Source: Octopus vulgaris (lineage: Eukaryota). Taken from it: a stretch of DNA of 64,000 bases. The stretch covers positions 69,130,001-69,194,000 of the forward strand of contig OX597827.1 of the NCBI GenBank assembly GCA_951406725.2. The letters run 5' to 3'. Shown here in pieces: positions 38,821-52,704 of this stretch (position 1 is its first letter; every line of letters begins with the position of its first letter). A program made the position numbers and the translations under genes. The notes beneath the pieces were generated by a model. The model had not been told where the DNA came from and did not search any database. It worked only from the letters and a program-made list of their open reading frames with translations.

Positions 38821-39021
38821 TACATATATATATATGTATGTGTGTGTGTGTTATGTGTGTTTGTAGATATATATATACATATATGTGTGTGTGGGTATAT
38901 ATATATATACAAAAATATATGCATATATATACATATATATGTATATATATATATAAGTATATATTTATTATATATCATATATATATAGGTATGTATATAT
39001 GTTTTTATATATATGTATATA

Positions 39022-39109
<88 letters not shown>

Positions 39110-39198
39110 TACATATATATGTGTGTGTATATATATTTATATATATATATAAAATAAATACATATATACATATATCTATATGTATATGTGTGTATGTA

Positions 39199-39251
<53 letters not shown>

Positions 39252-39263
39252 ACATATATGAAT

Positions 39264-39307
<44 letters not shown>

Positions 39308-39466
39308 TCGTGTGTTTGTGTCCATGTGTGTGTGTGTGTGCATACACATACATATATATATACTTCTTTTTTAAGTTGGTGCATATTCTACTGATTACTT
39401 CTGCTAAAGTGCTATGTCATAGGGATGTAAACACACCACCATCATTTGTCAAGCAATGGTGTGGGA

Positions 39467-39497
<31 letters not shown>

Positions 39498-39529
39498 TTA
39501 TACACATATCAATTGAATGAATTGAATCA

Positions 39530-39905
39530 AACATGAGCTGTGGCCATGCTGGGGCATTGCCACGTGATATTGCTATGTAACTTTTACTTTCCTAATTCCT
39601 TTTGGAACTTGACATTTGGGGCATGAGGGATTTTGATGCTGCTGCCCTCATTTGCACTTCCTGCTGTGAAGTTGGTTCCTCTGTGACTCTTGACAGTAAG
39701 AGATCTAGTTTCGTTTTGAAGACACCTACATCTACCCCATGCAGATCTTTCAGGTCCTTCGGAAGGATATTTGAAGAGCTGTGGTCCTTTAAAGCCGAGG
39801 CTGTTGCAATATCTTGTCCTATATTTTCATGACAAAGTTGGAATCTTTGGCACTATGCAATGGCACCCTGTTCTAGCGTTAGTGTAACTCTCAATGCCAA
39901 AGTTA
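39530..39905 (-). mobile_element. CR1/L2-group LINE 3' fragment
   Basis: Reverse complement encodes [21 protein letters not shown]...GFKGPQL; shares the 3' tail. Confidence 0.85.
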
Positions 39906-40224
39906 TACATATATTCTTTTATTTTCTTTTTGTTTCAGTCATTTAACTGCAGCCATGCTGGAGCACCACCGTTAGTTGAACAAATCAACCCCAGGACTTA
40001 TTCTTTGTAGGCCTAATTCTTATTCTATTGCTCTCTTTTTGCCAAACTGCTAAGTTTCAGGTATGTCAATACAGGAATATCAGTTGTCAAGCGATGGCAG
40101 AGAACAATGTAGGAAAGATTTTTTTCAGCATTGTCCGGATCAAACAAGATTCAGTTCATAAGTTTTCCTTTGAATGCAGTGCTCCAGCATGGCCGCAGTC
40201 AAATGACCAAAATAAGTAAAAGAA

Positions 40225-40660
40225 TAACTGCCGACGTTTGGCAGCTGACTTGGCAGACACCCATAAAATTATTAACCATCTTACAAACAATAACTCTGAG
40301 CACCTTTTCAAACACCATCGTGTCTAACACCCATGGACATGTTTACAAAGTCAGATAACAGCACAGCTCCCATGACTTTCGGAAACATTTTTTCATGCTA
40401 AGAGTTGCTGAAGCATGGAACAAACTGCTGGTATCAGTTGTTAGTTGTCAGAGCACTGCATCCTTCAAAACTTCCATGCTTCCTGAGATTTGCCAACACT
40501 ACACCTGATTTTCTCCCCTCCATACACATGCAAGCATGTATCTGACTCATATCACTGTTCACTTCCCAGACATTTGTACATTACTGCATATACTTTATAC
40601 GCACTTTTGACAAGTTGTAGTGCACCTGAGCACTGTATACAATAATTTCATTATATATTA
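40225..40660 (+). mobile_element. CR1-type LINE 3' end
   Basis: HGHVYKVR...FRKHFFMLRVAEAWNKL..SVV...SFK, the typical CR1 C-terminus. Confidence 0.75.
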
Positions 40661-40749
40661 TTATAAAAGAATAATAGATCATTTAGGGTGCATTTCAAAG
40701 CAACAAGTGACAAAGTACTTTCATATATTATTGTTGCTCAAAGAGCTAA

Positions 40750-41117
40750 AATTGAACGTAGACTGTGAATGTACGAGATTAATACTCAGGGAAAGTTTTA
40801 AATAGAAAAATTGGAATAAAAACGATGTTTTGAGCTTGGCTCTTCTTGAGATGAAGGAATAAGTCCCGGGAGGAGGAAATGGAGGAAGAAGCAGATAGTC
40901 TCAAGAAAAGCAGATGTGTCATTGCATGGCCATGAATAAACTCAGACTCTTGAAAAGTGGCATTGCTTCTCAGTAAGCAGCGATTGAAGTAGAATCAATT
41001 TTGAGTAGAGTCAGTAAGTAGAGTCAATTTTGAGCCAGTTATGTCATTTGTAACATTATGAAGTATATTTTTTGTTGCTTAATTGCAATTTAGAACATCT
41101 GACAACCACTTCTAACT
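40750..41117 (+). repeat. 368-bp direct repeat, copy 1
   Basis: Near-identical to 42293-42660. Confidence 0.92.
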
Positions 41118-41134
41118 CTTTCTAGAGATATCGA

Positions 41135-41555
41135 AAGGAATTAAATGATGCTGCTACACACATGGCTTGATACCCTTTTCGTAACTACTTCAGCAAGTTG
41201 GTATAGTACTTTCCACTGGATGGTGAAGTCCTTTCGAATATAGTCAATAAGCACAATACCTTTTGCTTTCCAAAAAACTGTAGCCATCACCTTCCCTGCA
41301 GATAAAACAACTTTGGCCTTCTTTGCAGCAGGCAAGGACGGATGTTTTCACTGCATGCATTGTCTCTTTGTCTCTGGCTCAAAGTGATGAAGCCAACACT
41401 TTATCCTGGGTTCAGAAACATTCAAGGAATCTGGCTGAATCTGGCTGAAATGATGTAAGAATTTCCAGTGATGTGATCAACCCGGTGCACTTTTGATCAG
41501 ATGTCAGATGTGGCAGATCATACCAAGTTCATAATGCGGAATATTCTCACTGAAA
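41135..41555 (-). mobile_element. mariner transposase fragment
   Basis: WLHHFEPETKRQCMQ...AKKAKVVLSAGKVMATVFWKAKGIVLIDY; frameshifted. Confidence 0.85.
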
Positions 41556-42022
41556 GACCACCAAGCCACTAATCCTTGACAACACTCCACCCCACAATAT
41601 GTAGTATCAAACATAATCAGTTGGTGTCATTAAACATGCTATACTACAGATTCTAGACATGGTGGCAACAGATAACTGCCAACATCCTGTCCGAGCACAT
41701 AGACCTAAGATTAAAAAAAAGAATTGATGTCTCTTACATAGCAATGCACCACATGACCTTACTAGACTGAATAGAGGCATGACATCTCGAAGTCATCTTC
41801 AATTTGTCTGAAATCCCATTAATCTACTCTAGATATCTGATGATATGGACTCACCTTATGAGCTTATGGAACCTTTGAGTCATATTGAGCTGAGTTCAAA
41901 CTGCAATTAAATAATGTAACTGCTATCAAATGTGTTGAGTGACACTTTCTTCCATTTGTCCACTCACTCATACATGTGTGTGTGTGTGTGTGTGCTTGCA
42001 TATACATACATACATACATACA

Positions 42023-42053
<31 letters not shown>

Positions 42054-42061
42054 GTACATAC

Positions 42062-42156
<95 letters not shown>

Positions 42157-42292
42157 CATACACGCACACATACATGCATGCACATGGGCATGCACACAGA
42201 CACAAACACACACTCACACAGATACACACACACATAAATATAAATGTAGGCAAATCCAAGAAGAAAAAAATCAGGTAAAACCAACAGAAACC

Positions 42293-42660
42293 AATTGAAC
42301 GTAGACAGTGAATGTACGATATTGATACTCAGGGAAAGTTTTAAATAGAAAAATTGGAATAAAAACGATGTTTTGAGCTTGGTTCTTCTTGAGATGAAGG
42401 AATAAGTCCCGGGAGGAGAAAATGGAAGAAGAAGCAGATAGTCTCAAGAAAAGCAGATGTGTCATTGCATGGCCATGAATAAACTCAGACTCTTGAAAAG
42501 TGGCCTTGCCTCTCAGTAAGCAGCGATTGAAGTAGAATCAATTTTGAGTAGAGTCAGTAAGTAGAGTCAATTTTGAGCCAGTTATGTCATTTGTAACATT
42601 ATGAAGTATATTTTTTGTTGCTTAATTGCAATTTAGAACATCTGACAACCACTTCTAACT
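42293..42660 (+). repeat. 368-bp direct repeat, copy 2
   Basis: Near-identical to 40750-41117. Confidence 0.92.
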
Positions 42661-42664
42661 TTTC

Positions 42665-42853
42665 CGCGCAGGAGTGGCTGTGCGGTAAGTAGCTTGCTTA
42701 CCAACCACATGGTTCCGAGTTCAGTTCCACTGCATGGCACTTTGGGCAAGTGTCTTCTACTATAGCCTTGGGCCAACCAAAGCCTTGTGAGTAGATTTGG
42801 TAGACAGAAACTGGAAGAAACCCGTCGAATATATGTATATATATATATATATA

Positions 42854-42934
<81 letters not shown>

Positions 42935-43160
42935 ATATGTTTGTGTGTCCGTGTTTGTTCCCCCCACCACCAACATCACTTGACAACCGATGCTGGTGTG
43001 TTTACGTCCCTGTAACTTAGCAGTTCGGCAAAAGAGACCGATAGAATAAGTACTAGGCTTACAAAGAATAAGTCCTGGGGTCGATTTGCTCGACTAAAAG
43101 GCAGTGCTCCAGCATGGCCACAGTCAAAATGACTGAAACAAGTAAAAGAGTAGAAGAGCA
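42665..43160 (+). mobile_element. Full-length family A SINE
   Basis: gcgcaggagtggctgtgcggtaag...(TA)n(GT)n...gctccagcatggccacagtcaaaatgactgaaacaagtaaaagag. Other copies at 26657-27030, 43472-43872, 46020-46811, 52332-52910 and 60020-60510. Confidence 0.9.
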
Positions 43161-43680
43161 AAAGAGAAGAACGCACCTCTTATGATAAAAATTGCATTAC
43201 TTACTGACTCACCCTAGTGTATGTATGGATAAATGGATGGAGCATTTTCCCCGAGTCATACAAACACATAGGGTCGGTTTTCTGGTTTCTGTGGTGTATA
43301 TATTACCCCTGGATGAGATACCAGTCTATCACCAAGTTACTCATTTTTGACTGATTATTGCACTGGATCAACATGAAATGAAGTGTTTTGCTCAAGAACA
43401 CAATACATTTCCTCATGTAGAAATTGAAACCACTATCTCATGATCATGGAACCAACATGATATATACATATTACTCTTTTACTCTTTTACTTGTTTCAGT
43501 CATTTGACTGCGGCCATGCTGGAGCACCGCCTTTAGTCGAGCTTATTGTTTTGTAAGCCCAGTACTTATTCTATCGGTCTCTTTTGCCAAACCGCTAAGT
43601 GACAGTAAACACACCAGCATCGGTTGTCAAGCAATGCTAGGGGGACAAACACAGACACACAAACACACACACACATACAT

Positions 43681-43715
<35 letters not shown>

Positions 43716-43947
43716 CGACAGGCTTCTTTCAGTTTCCGTCTACCAAATCCACTCACAAGGCATTGGTCGGCCCGGAGCTATAGCAGAAGGCACTTGCCCA
43801 AGATGCCACGCAGTGGGACTGAACCTGGAACCATGTGGCTGGTTAGCAAGCTACTTACCACACAGCCACTCATATATATAAAAATTAAAATTCAAAACAT
43901 GGGAATGTAGCATTAATATAATTTATCAACTGCAAAAATTCAACTTA

Positions 43948-44027
43948 TTCTTTTACAACTGTTTCGATTTTTCCCAAAAAATGAAATTCCAGTAATTAAA
44001 AGATTTTAACGGGTAAAATCTCATCAG
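43948..44027 (-). ncRNA. Hammerhead-like core with canonical CUGAUGA/GAAA boxes, stem I disrupted
   Basis: Minus strand: CTGATGA GATTTT..(~45 nt)..AAAATC GAA ACAGTTGT A. The 5' side abuts a SINE fragment. Confidence 0.4.
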
Positions 44028-44138
44028 GGTCGATAAATTAAGTACCAGTTGTGTACTGGATTCAATCTAATCGACTGACTGCCTCCCCCAAAATGTCTGG
44101 CCTTGTGCCTAAAGTAGAAAAGAATATATATATAATTG

Positions 44139-44195
<57 letters not shown>

Positions 44196-44299
44196 GTGTC
44201 TATGTGAGTATGAACACACACACACACACACACACATATTAAGTATTCTTCAGCATGAATATTATTGACAGTGATATGTATATATATATGTACACACAG

Positions 44300-44700
44300 A
44301 CATGCAGGAAGTAAATAAACACATTTAATTTTCAAACTTTCTGATCTAAGCGTCTGAATATGTTTTCAGCGGTGTAGAATTTACAATGTAATTATTCTTT
44401 TTCATTCCAGGTGCCATTATATTAAATATTTGTGAAGAGTAACCATGCCACACACAAAAAATTCAGCAGAACTGTCAGATTTTCAAAGAGGTTGTATTGT
44501 TGGGCAATCTGGAGCTGGTCTTAGCTCGCGAAAAATTGCCGAAAATCTTCAAATTCCTCGGAAAGGAAGCTTCACTGTTACATATCTGCATAAGCTTGGG
44601 TATTACGGACGAGCAGCTAGAAGAAAATCTCTCCTTCGACCAATTAATATCAAATAAAAGATTTTGAAAAGTAAAGGTGTCTGTTTACTTCCTGTATGTG
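44300..44700 (+). mobile_element. Tc1-type transposase N-terminal relic (internally deleted)
   Basis: ORF 44445-44657 ELSDFQRGCIVG...SSRKIAENLQIP joined to LHKLGYYGRAARRKSLL, the two Tc1 HTH regions. Imperfect inverted caggaagtaaa.a.acac at the ends. Confidence 0.75.
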
Positions 44701-44938
44701 TGTGTGTGTGTATAATATATGTATATGAATTAGAGAAGAACCACCATATAGCAATTCAACAATGATATAATTAAATCATAATATATAGAAAAAAATTAAA
44801 TATTTGATAAAACATATATCAATAATTAAGTAAAGTACAAAATAATAAATAAATAGTATATAATTAGTAAAAAGACTACACGTGTTTCATGGCTATCTTT
44901 TCAAACTGATAACAGTAAAATTCTTCTAATATTATTAC

Positions 44939-45076
<138 letters not shown>

Positions 45077-45103
45077 CATCATCATTATTATTATTATTAT
45101 TAT

Positions 45104-45657
45104 TGAGTGAGCGAGCAGAGCATGCCATCAAAGTGACACTGGGGTAAAATATACGAAGCCCATTATACCCATCATGACTACCCGTCTGATAAGGGTACAC
45201 CAGGCACATGCATCACAACCATATGTGCGCGACATGGTGATCTCATATCAAGATAAACAGCACATGATCTTGCAGGTGGGGCCCAGTTAGAATTTTCTTC
45301 AGGTTGAGTAGCCCATCCTGCTCAAAAGGTCCCTGAATAAGGGTTGTTTAAGGATGTTGAACGAAACACCCATGTTTCCAGAGGTGAATTATTCAAACCC
45401 CAAAGAATCCTTCTCAACACATGCCTATGATGCTCCCCACTACTTCTGCTCATGATCAGAGATGCACATATCGTCAGCCACTAAGGGACATGCTCAACTG
45501 GTTAAGGTCAAACAACTGACAAGCAAATCTGTGGTATTGAGCAGAATATTTGCTGTAGCCCATCTTTTATACCAAGACAAAACAATGTACATGATAACAC
45601 TTCCAATCAGTTAAGATCAGAAGCCATGAGAGCCACTGCCTGGTACTGCATCAGGGC

Positions 45658-45660
<3 letters not shown>
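45104..45660. mobile_element. ~555-bp non-coding element between long (TTA)n tracts
   Basis: Complex ~45% GC sequence with sharp boundaries inside a (TTA)n array; no recognisable ORF. Confidence 0.5.
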
Positions 45661-45702
<42 letters not shown>

Positions 45703-45761
45703 CATTATCATATATGTGTGTGTGTGGTATGTGTGTGTATGTATCTCTATGTACAAGTATA

Positions 45762-46012
45762 TACAAGGGTTAGACAAAATAATGGAAACACCTTTTAAAT
45801 AAAGTTTTATTACTTAATATGAAGTTGGTCCATATTTGAAAGCAATTACATCTTTAATACATTGAGAAATTGACTTGTACTCTTTCTGAATGGTTGTTAG
45901 AAGAATTTTGACCAATTCTTCAAAGAAAACCTACTTTTAGCTCTTTGAGCGACAATAACAGATGAAAGCACTTTGTCACTCGTTGCTTCGAAATGCACCC
46001 TAAATGATCTGC
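45762..46012 (-). mobile_element. Tc1-type 3' end relic
   Basis: TA-CAAGGGTTAGACAAAATAATGGAAACACC terminus and a decayed transposase C-terminus. Part of it is duplicated, inverted, at 40676-40752. Confidence 0.6.
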
Positions 46013-47451
46013 TATTCTTTTTTATTCTTTTACTTGTTTCAGTCATCTGACTGTGGCCTTGCTGGAGCACTACATTGAAAGGTTTTAGTCAAACAAATCA
46101 ACTTTAGGACTTATTTTCTATACCTAGTACTTATTCTATCAGTCTTTTTTGCCAAACCACTAAGTTAGGGGGACGTAAACACACCAATACCTGTTGTCAA
46201 ATGGTGATGGAGGGACAAACATGGACACAAAGACATACACATAAATATATATACATATATATTCACTTGGCTAACACTATTCAAAATTGGTACGAAATTG
46301 GTATTAGCTTGCTCTCTCTCTTACACTTCTGCTGTTTCCTACTCTCTCTCTCCCTTTCTCTTCTTTTCTCTCTCTCTCTCTTCCTCTTCTATCTCTCCCT
46401 CTCCCCCCCTCTCTCTCTATCTTTCTTCTTTTTTTCTTTCTCTCACTGAATAACCATGTACCTCTGTTATAGCAAGACACTTGTTTCTGCCTCTCCGTCT
46501 CTCTGTCACGCTCTAACCTTTCATCTTCTGACACAAATTCCCCTACTCAAACATACCAGCATCGGTTGTCAAGTGATGTTGCGGGGGGATAATCACAGAC
46601 ACACAAACATATACACACACATACATATATATATATATACATATATACGATGGGCTTCTTTCAGTTTCCGTCTACCAAATCCACTCACAAGGCTTTGGTC
46701 AGCCCGAGGCTATAGTAGAAGACACTTGCCCAAGGTGCCACGCAGTGGGACTGAACCCGGAACCATGTGGTTTGTAAGCAAGCAACTTACCACACAGCCA
46801 CTCCTGCGCCTATAATGCATGATAATGACTGAAAACAATGTGAATAAATAAACAATACATCCAGCAGTAGAAACTCTGCCAGATCAAGACTGGAGCCTGG
46901 TGCAACCATCTGGTTTGCCAGCCCTCAGTCAAAATCGTCCAACCCATGCTAGCATGGAAAACGGACGTTAAACGATGATGATGAAGATTTGACATAGAAA
47001 TCTGAATGCTAAATGGTTAAACACAATCCAGTTCTCTATTCTGTAGTTCCTCTCTCTGTGAGCTTTGCCTTCTTTCAAGAATTATGTTTACCAAAGTTAG
47101 TTTTTGCCTTGGTTTTCGAATGCCAACATGATTCTACAAACTGCACGTCCTGAAGCATTAAAAAGTTTGGCAGTTTTAGTGACTGAAGTACACAAGCTTC
47201 TGTGCTCCGACGATGTATCTGCTTTGGAAATCGGATAAGTTAGACATTTTAACTTATTTGAATATAAATACCGTAGAAAATAGAAGAACAGAGGGCTACA
47301 TAATGAAGTACATCATGAAGTACAATGCACATATAATGCATGTGAACACATATTCACAGAATAGAATGGCTCTGAATTTGTCATGTTGCCAAAAGGAAAA
47401 AAAAATGGTTAAATAAAAAGTGGTGTTTCCATTGTTTGACCTAATGTTTGG

Positions 47452-47483
<32 letters not shown>

Positions 47484-47511
47484 GCGTGTGTGTACATATA
47501 TATATATGGAT

Positions 47512-47544
<33 letters not shown>

Positions 47545-47716
47545 CATACACATGCATATGCACATATATATTCAAATATATATATGTATACGAGTGTGTG
47601 TATGTGTATATGTGTGTATATCTATATGTCTCTGTTTATGTGTATGTTGCATATATTATATATGCAAAAATATATAAATACATATAGCCATATATCAATA
47701 TTCATATATATATATA

Positions 47717-47771
<55 letters not shown>

Positions 47772-48274
47772 GTCAATATATGTTATGTATATGTATATAT
47801 GTTCGTGTAGGAGTGAGTCTGCATCTGTGTGTGTGAGTGTGGGTGTGTATATAATATATACATATACATATATACATAAATACATACATACATATATACA
47901 TACATATACATAAACAGATAAATAGATACATAGATATAAATATAAACATACACACAGACATATGCACACAGTCACACACATACACATTTACGCATATATG
48001 TGTGTGTGTGTATGTGTGTGTCTGTGTGTATGTCTATATTTATATCTATGTATCTATGTATCTGTTTATATATGTGTATGTACGTTTGTATGTATGTATA
48101 TATGTGTCTATCTATCTATCTAACTATCTATCTATCTATCTCTCTCTCTATATATATATATACACACACACATACATATATATATATGCCTTGTATATTA
48201 TACATATACACACACACATATATATGTGTATATATAAATATGTATGTATATATATATGTATGTATGTATATAAA

Positions 48275-48341
<67 letters not shown>

Positions 48342-48445
48342 AGATATAGATATAAAGAACTGTTTGTGTATCTATGCGTTTGTATACAGCTATAGCTGTC
48401 TATTTATCTATCTTCATATATACATACATACATACATACATACAT

Positions 48446-48534
<89 letters not shown>

Positions 48535-48535
48535 C

Positions 48536-48682
<147 letters not shown>

Positions 48683-48899
48683 GATGTGTATGTATATGTG
48701 TATATATATAGACATAAATATATATATATATATATATATGTATACGTCTATATACATATTGATAGATAGACAGTGTGAGACAGTGTTGGTTGTTGTATTA
48801 AGAGAAATGTTTAGAGATAAAGCCAGTCCACATTCACTGAGATATGCTTCCAGTTGTCATAACACAACCAACCTTGATAGAATCACCGTTACTATTATT

Positions 48900-48912
48900 A
48901 CTGCTGATGCTT

Positions 48913-48976
<64 letters not shown>

Positions 48977-49085
48977 TAGCAGTAGTAGCAGAAGCAGTAG
49001 TAGTAATGGAGGTAGTAGTAACAGCAACAGCAGTAGCAACAGTAGTAGTAGTAGTAGTAGTAGCAGCAGCAGTAGCAACAGCGTA

Positions 49086-49125
<40 letters not shown>

Positions 49126-49791
49126 CAGCAGCAGCAGCAGCAGCAGCAGTAGCAGCAGCAGCTGCAGCTGCAGTAGGAGTTGTAGTAGAAACATTACCAC
49201 TATCACCACTACCACCACTACCACCACCACCACCACCACCACCACCACCACCACCACCACTAGCACTGTCTGTGACCAATGCCTCCTCCTCCCTTAGCAT
49301 CATGACTATGACTGCTACCACTCCCCAACTTCTGCCTCTGCCACTAACCCTTTCCCCCCCCCCACCACCACCACCCCCACCGCAATTAGCTGCACCGACA
49401 ACGTCACCCAATACCAAGAACACCCTTGCCAACACCACCACCATCACCACCATCGCCACCACCACCACCACCAACAACAACAACCTCACTACCACCACTA
49501 CCACCTTCATGATCCTCATCATCATCATCATCACTGCCATGGTCATGGATGCGACACACATCTCCGGCAACCACCACCATCGCTCCCACCACCACTACTG
49601 TCATCGCCGCCGCCGCTGTCACCACCACCACCACCACCACCACCACCACCACCACCATGAATATCAAGCATGGCTCTATCACCACCGCCGCCGCCGCCAT
49701 CACCACCACCACCGCCACCACCATCACCACTGCTGAGCTCTGCTGCTCCTGCTGCCCCTGCCGCTGCTGCTGCTGCTGCTGATAGCAACAC

Positions 49792-49824
<33 letters not shown>

Positions 49825-49900
49825 AACAGCAACCCCTCACCAAGGCTGCTTATTCATGTTGTTGTTGTTATTGTTGTAGTGTTTACTGCTGCTGCTGCTG
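48900..49900. repeat. Mosaic triplet tract (AGT/AGC/ACC/CAT/GCT)
   Basis: Successive triplet microsatellites. Confidence 0.9.
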
Positions 49901-50019
49901 TGTAAACCACAGTTATAACTCTGCTACACAGTATATGACACATGCTCTGTCTCCCTTATCCTTACACACTCAACACTGATAGACGTGTTTGCATGCATTA
50001 TATCTATATATAGATAGGG

Positions 50020-50058
<39 letters not shown>

Positions 50059-50336
50059 TATATACATATCTGCAAATATACATATGCATATATATATATA
50101 TATATACATATGCATATATATATATATATATACATATATGTGTGTGTGTGTGTGTGTGTATGCATGTATGCATACATATGTATACACAAATCAGATATGC
50201 ATAGGTAGATATATATACATAAGCAGATATATATATACATATATATACATATATATACATATATATATATAATATATATATACATATATACATATATAGA
50301 TATAGATATTGATATATATGTATGTGTGTATACATA

Positions 50337-50372
<36 letters not shown>

Positions 50373-50379
50373 TACACAC

Positions 50380-50427
<48 letters not shown>

Positions 50428-50461
50428 TGTTTATGTATATATATCTACCTATACATATGTG

Positions 50462-50508
<47 letters not shown>

Positions 50509-50647
50509 ATATATATATGCATACACAAACACATACACATGGATATTCATACATATAACCTATATGTGTATGTGTATGTGTGTTGACGTCATAAGAATTA
50601 TATATATTTATATACATATATATACATATACATACATACATATATAT

Positions 50648-50692
<45 letters not shown>

Positions 50693-51177
50693 CATGCATA
50701 CATACATATATATATACACATACCTATAGATTGACAGATGGATTATTATGATACTGTCTCACTCTTCACTTACTCTCACATTTCTCACTCTTCACCCCCC
50801 CACCACCACCACTCCCATCTATCTCTCTGCCCATGTCTTTGTCATACAGCCATACATACATAGGCATCCAGTCACACATTCTTTGCACTTATACACACAT
50901 ACACACATGCACACGCACACAGACACACAAACACACAGACACACAAACACACACACTCACACAAACATAAACAGATATGTACATAGACGTGCGTGTGTAT
51001 ATCTATTTATGTGTACACAGGTGTGGCTGTGTGGTAAGAAGCTTGGTTCCTAATCAAATGGGTCTGGTTTCAGTCCCACTGCGTGACAGCTTGGGCAAGT
51101 GTCTTCGACTATAGCCTCAGGCCAACGAAAGCCTTGCGAGTGGATTTGGTAGACAGAAACTGAAAAAAACCTATCGC

Positions 51178-51221
<44 letters not shown>

Positions 51222-51273
51222 ATATATATCTATATCTATTTATCTATCTATCATCTATATATGTATCTATCTA

Positions 51274-51557
<284 letters not shown>

Positions 51558-51863
51558 TACAGGAGAAGCTGTGTGGTAAGTAGCTTGCTTGCCAACCACA
51601 TGGTTCTGCATGGCACCTTGGGCAAGTATCTTCTACTATAGCCTTGGGCCAACTAAAGCTATGTAAGTGAATTTGGTAGGGTTCAGTTTCTCTCTACCAA
51701 ATCCATTCACAAGGGTTTGGTCAGTCCTGAGGCTACAGTAAAAACAAATTTGACCAAGGTGCCATGCAGTGGGACTGAACCCTGAATCGTGTGATTGAAA
51801 AAAAAAGCTTCTTACCACACAGCCATGCCCATACATATGTGTGTGTGTATGTGTTTGTGTATA

Positions 51864-52236
51864 CAGTAGAACCTTGCTCTATGAGTGCCCCATTGTATGA
51901 GTAATTTGCTGTACAAGCCGAGACTCATGTGAATTTTTGTCTTGAAGTATGAGTGAGAATCCGCAGTACAAGCGTACAAATCATCCTATCTTTAAGATAA
52001 TTCAATTGATAAAACCAGTTTACATATTTCTTTTGCATTCTCTTTTTTCTAATTGTCATTTTAATTGGAACTACATTTTTTCTGCAATAAAATCCCTAGA
52101 AAATTATTTTTGAGTTGTTTTTGGGTTAGTTATATTTTAATTAATTTCAATGAGGAAAATTGATTTGTAAAACAAGTAAATCTTAAGATTAGCTCAGTCA
52201 TATAAAGAATTGAACTCCTATTGCAAGTTATCACTG
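51864..52236. mobile_element. Tigger/pogo-like MITE
   Basis: TA-CAGTAGAACCTTGC ... GCAAGTTATCACTG-TA. Confidence 0.65.
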
Positions 52237-52669
52237 TATATGTATATATATCTATGTGTGTGATCTTTGTGACTGTGTTTGTCCCTCAACATGCTTGATG
52301 ATTGTTGTTGATGTGTTTATGATGTGTTTCTAGGCGCAGGAGTGGCTGTGTGGTAAGTAGCTTGCTTACCAACCACATGGTTCCAGGTTCATTCCCACTG
52401 CGTGGCATCTTGGGCAAGTGTCTTCTACTGTAGCTTCGGGCTAACAAAAGCCATGTGAGTGGTTTTGGTAGACGGAAACTGAAAGAAGCCCGTTGTATAT
52501 ATATATATATATACATAAATTAAGATAGGGGTTGTAAATGCAACCCTCCATGGGATAACATATATCCAATATACTGCTAGTGAAGTACATAAATGTTAAG
52601 GATTGCGATGTAATCAATTCATTTGCTGTATTATATGGGCAAAGGTAAAATGATTTACCACATCTTGTG

Positions 52670-52704
<35 letters not shown>

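Noticed and set aside
41855-41900. Minus-strand 46-nt exon (ttgcag|...AAG|gtgagt, possible MTQRFHKLI start)
   Set aside because: Good splice motifs, but no homology or partner exon; such motifs arise by chance in 64 kb.
40750-42660. LTR retrotransposon or TRIM
   Set aside because: No TG..CA ends, PBS, PPT or TSD; kept only as a direct repeat.
48684-49736. 350-aa Ser/Ala/Pro/His-rich ORF resembling a transcription factor
   Set aside because: Built from consecutive triplet microsatellites, starts in (TA)n, and has no folded domain.
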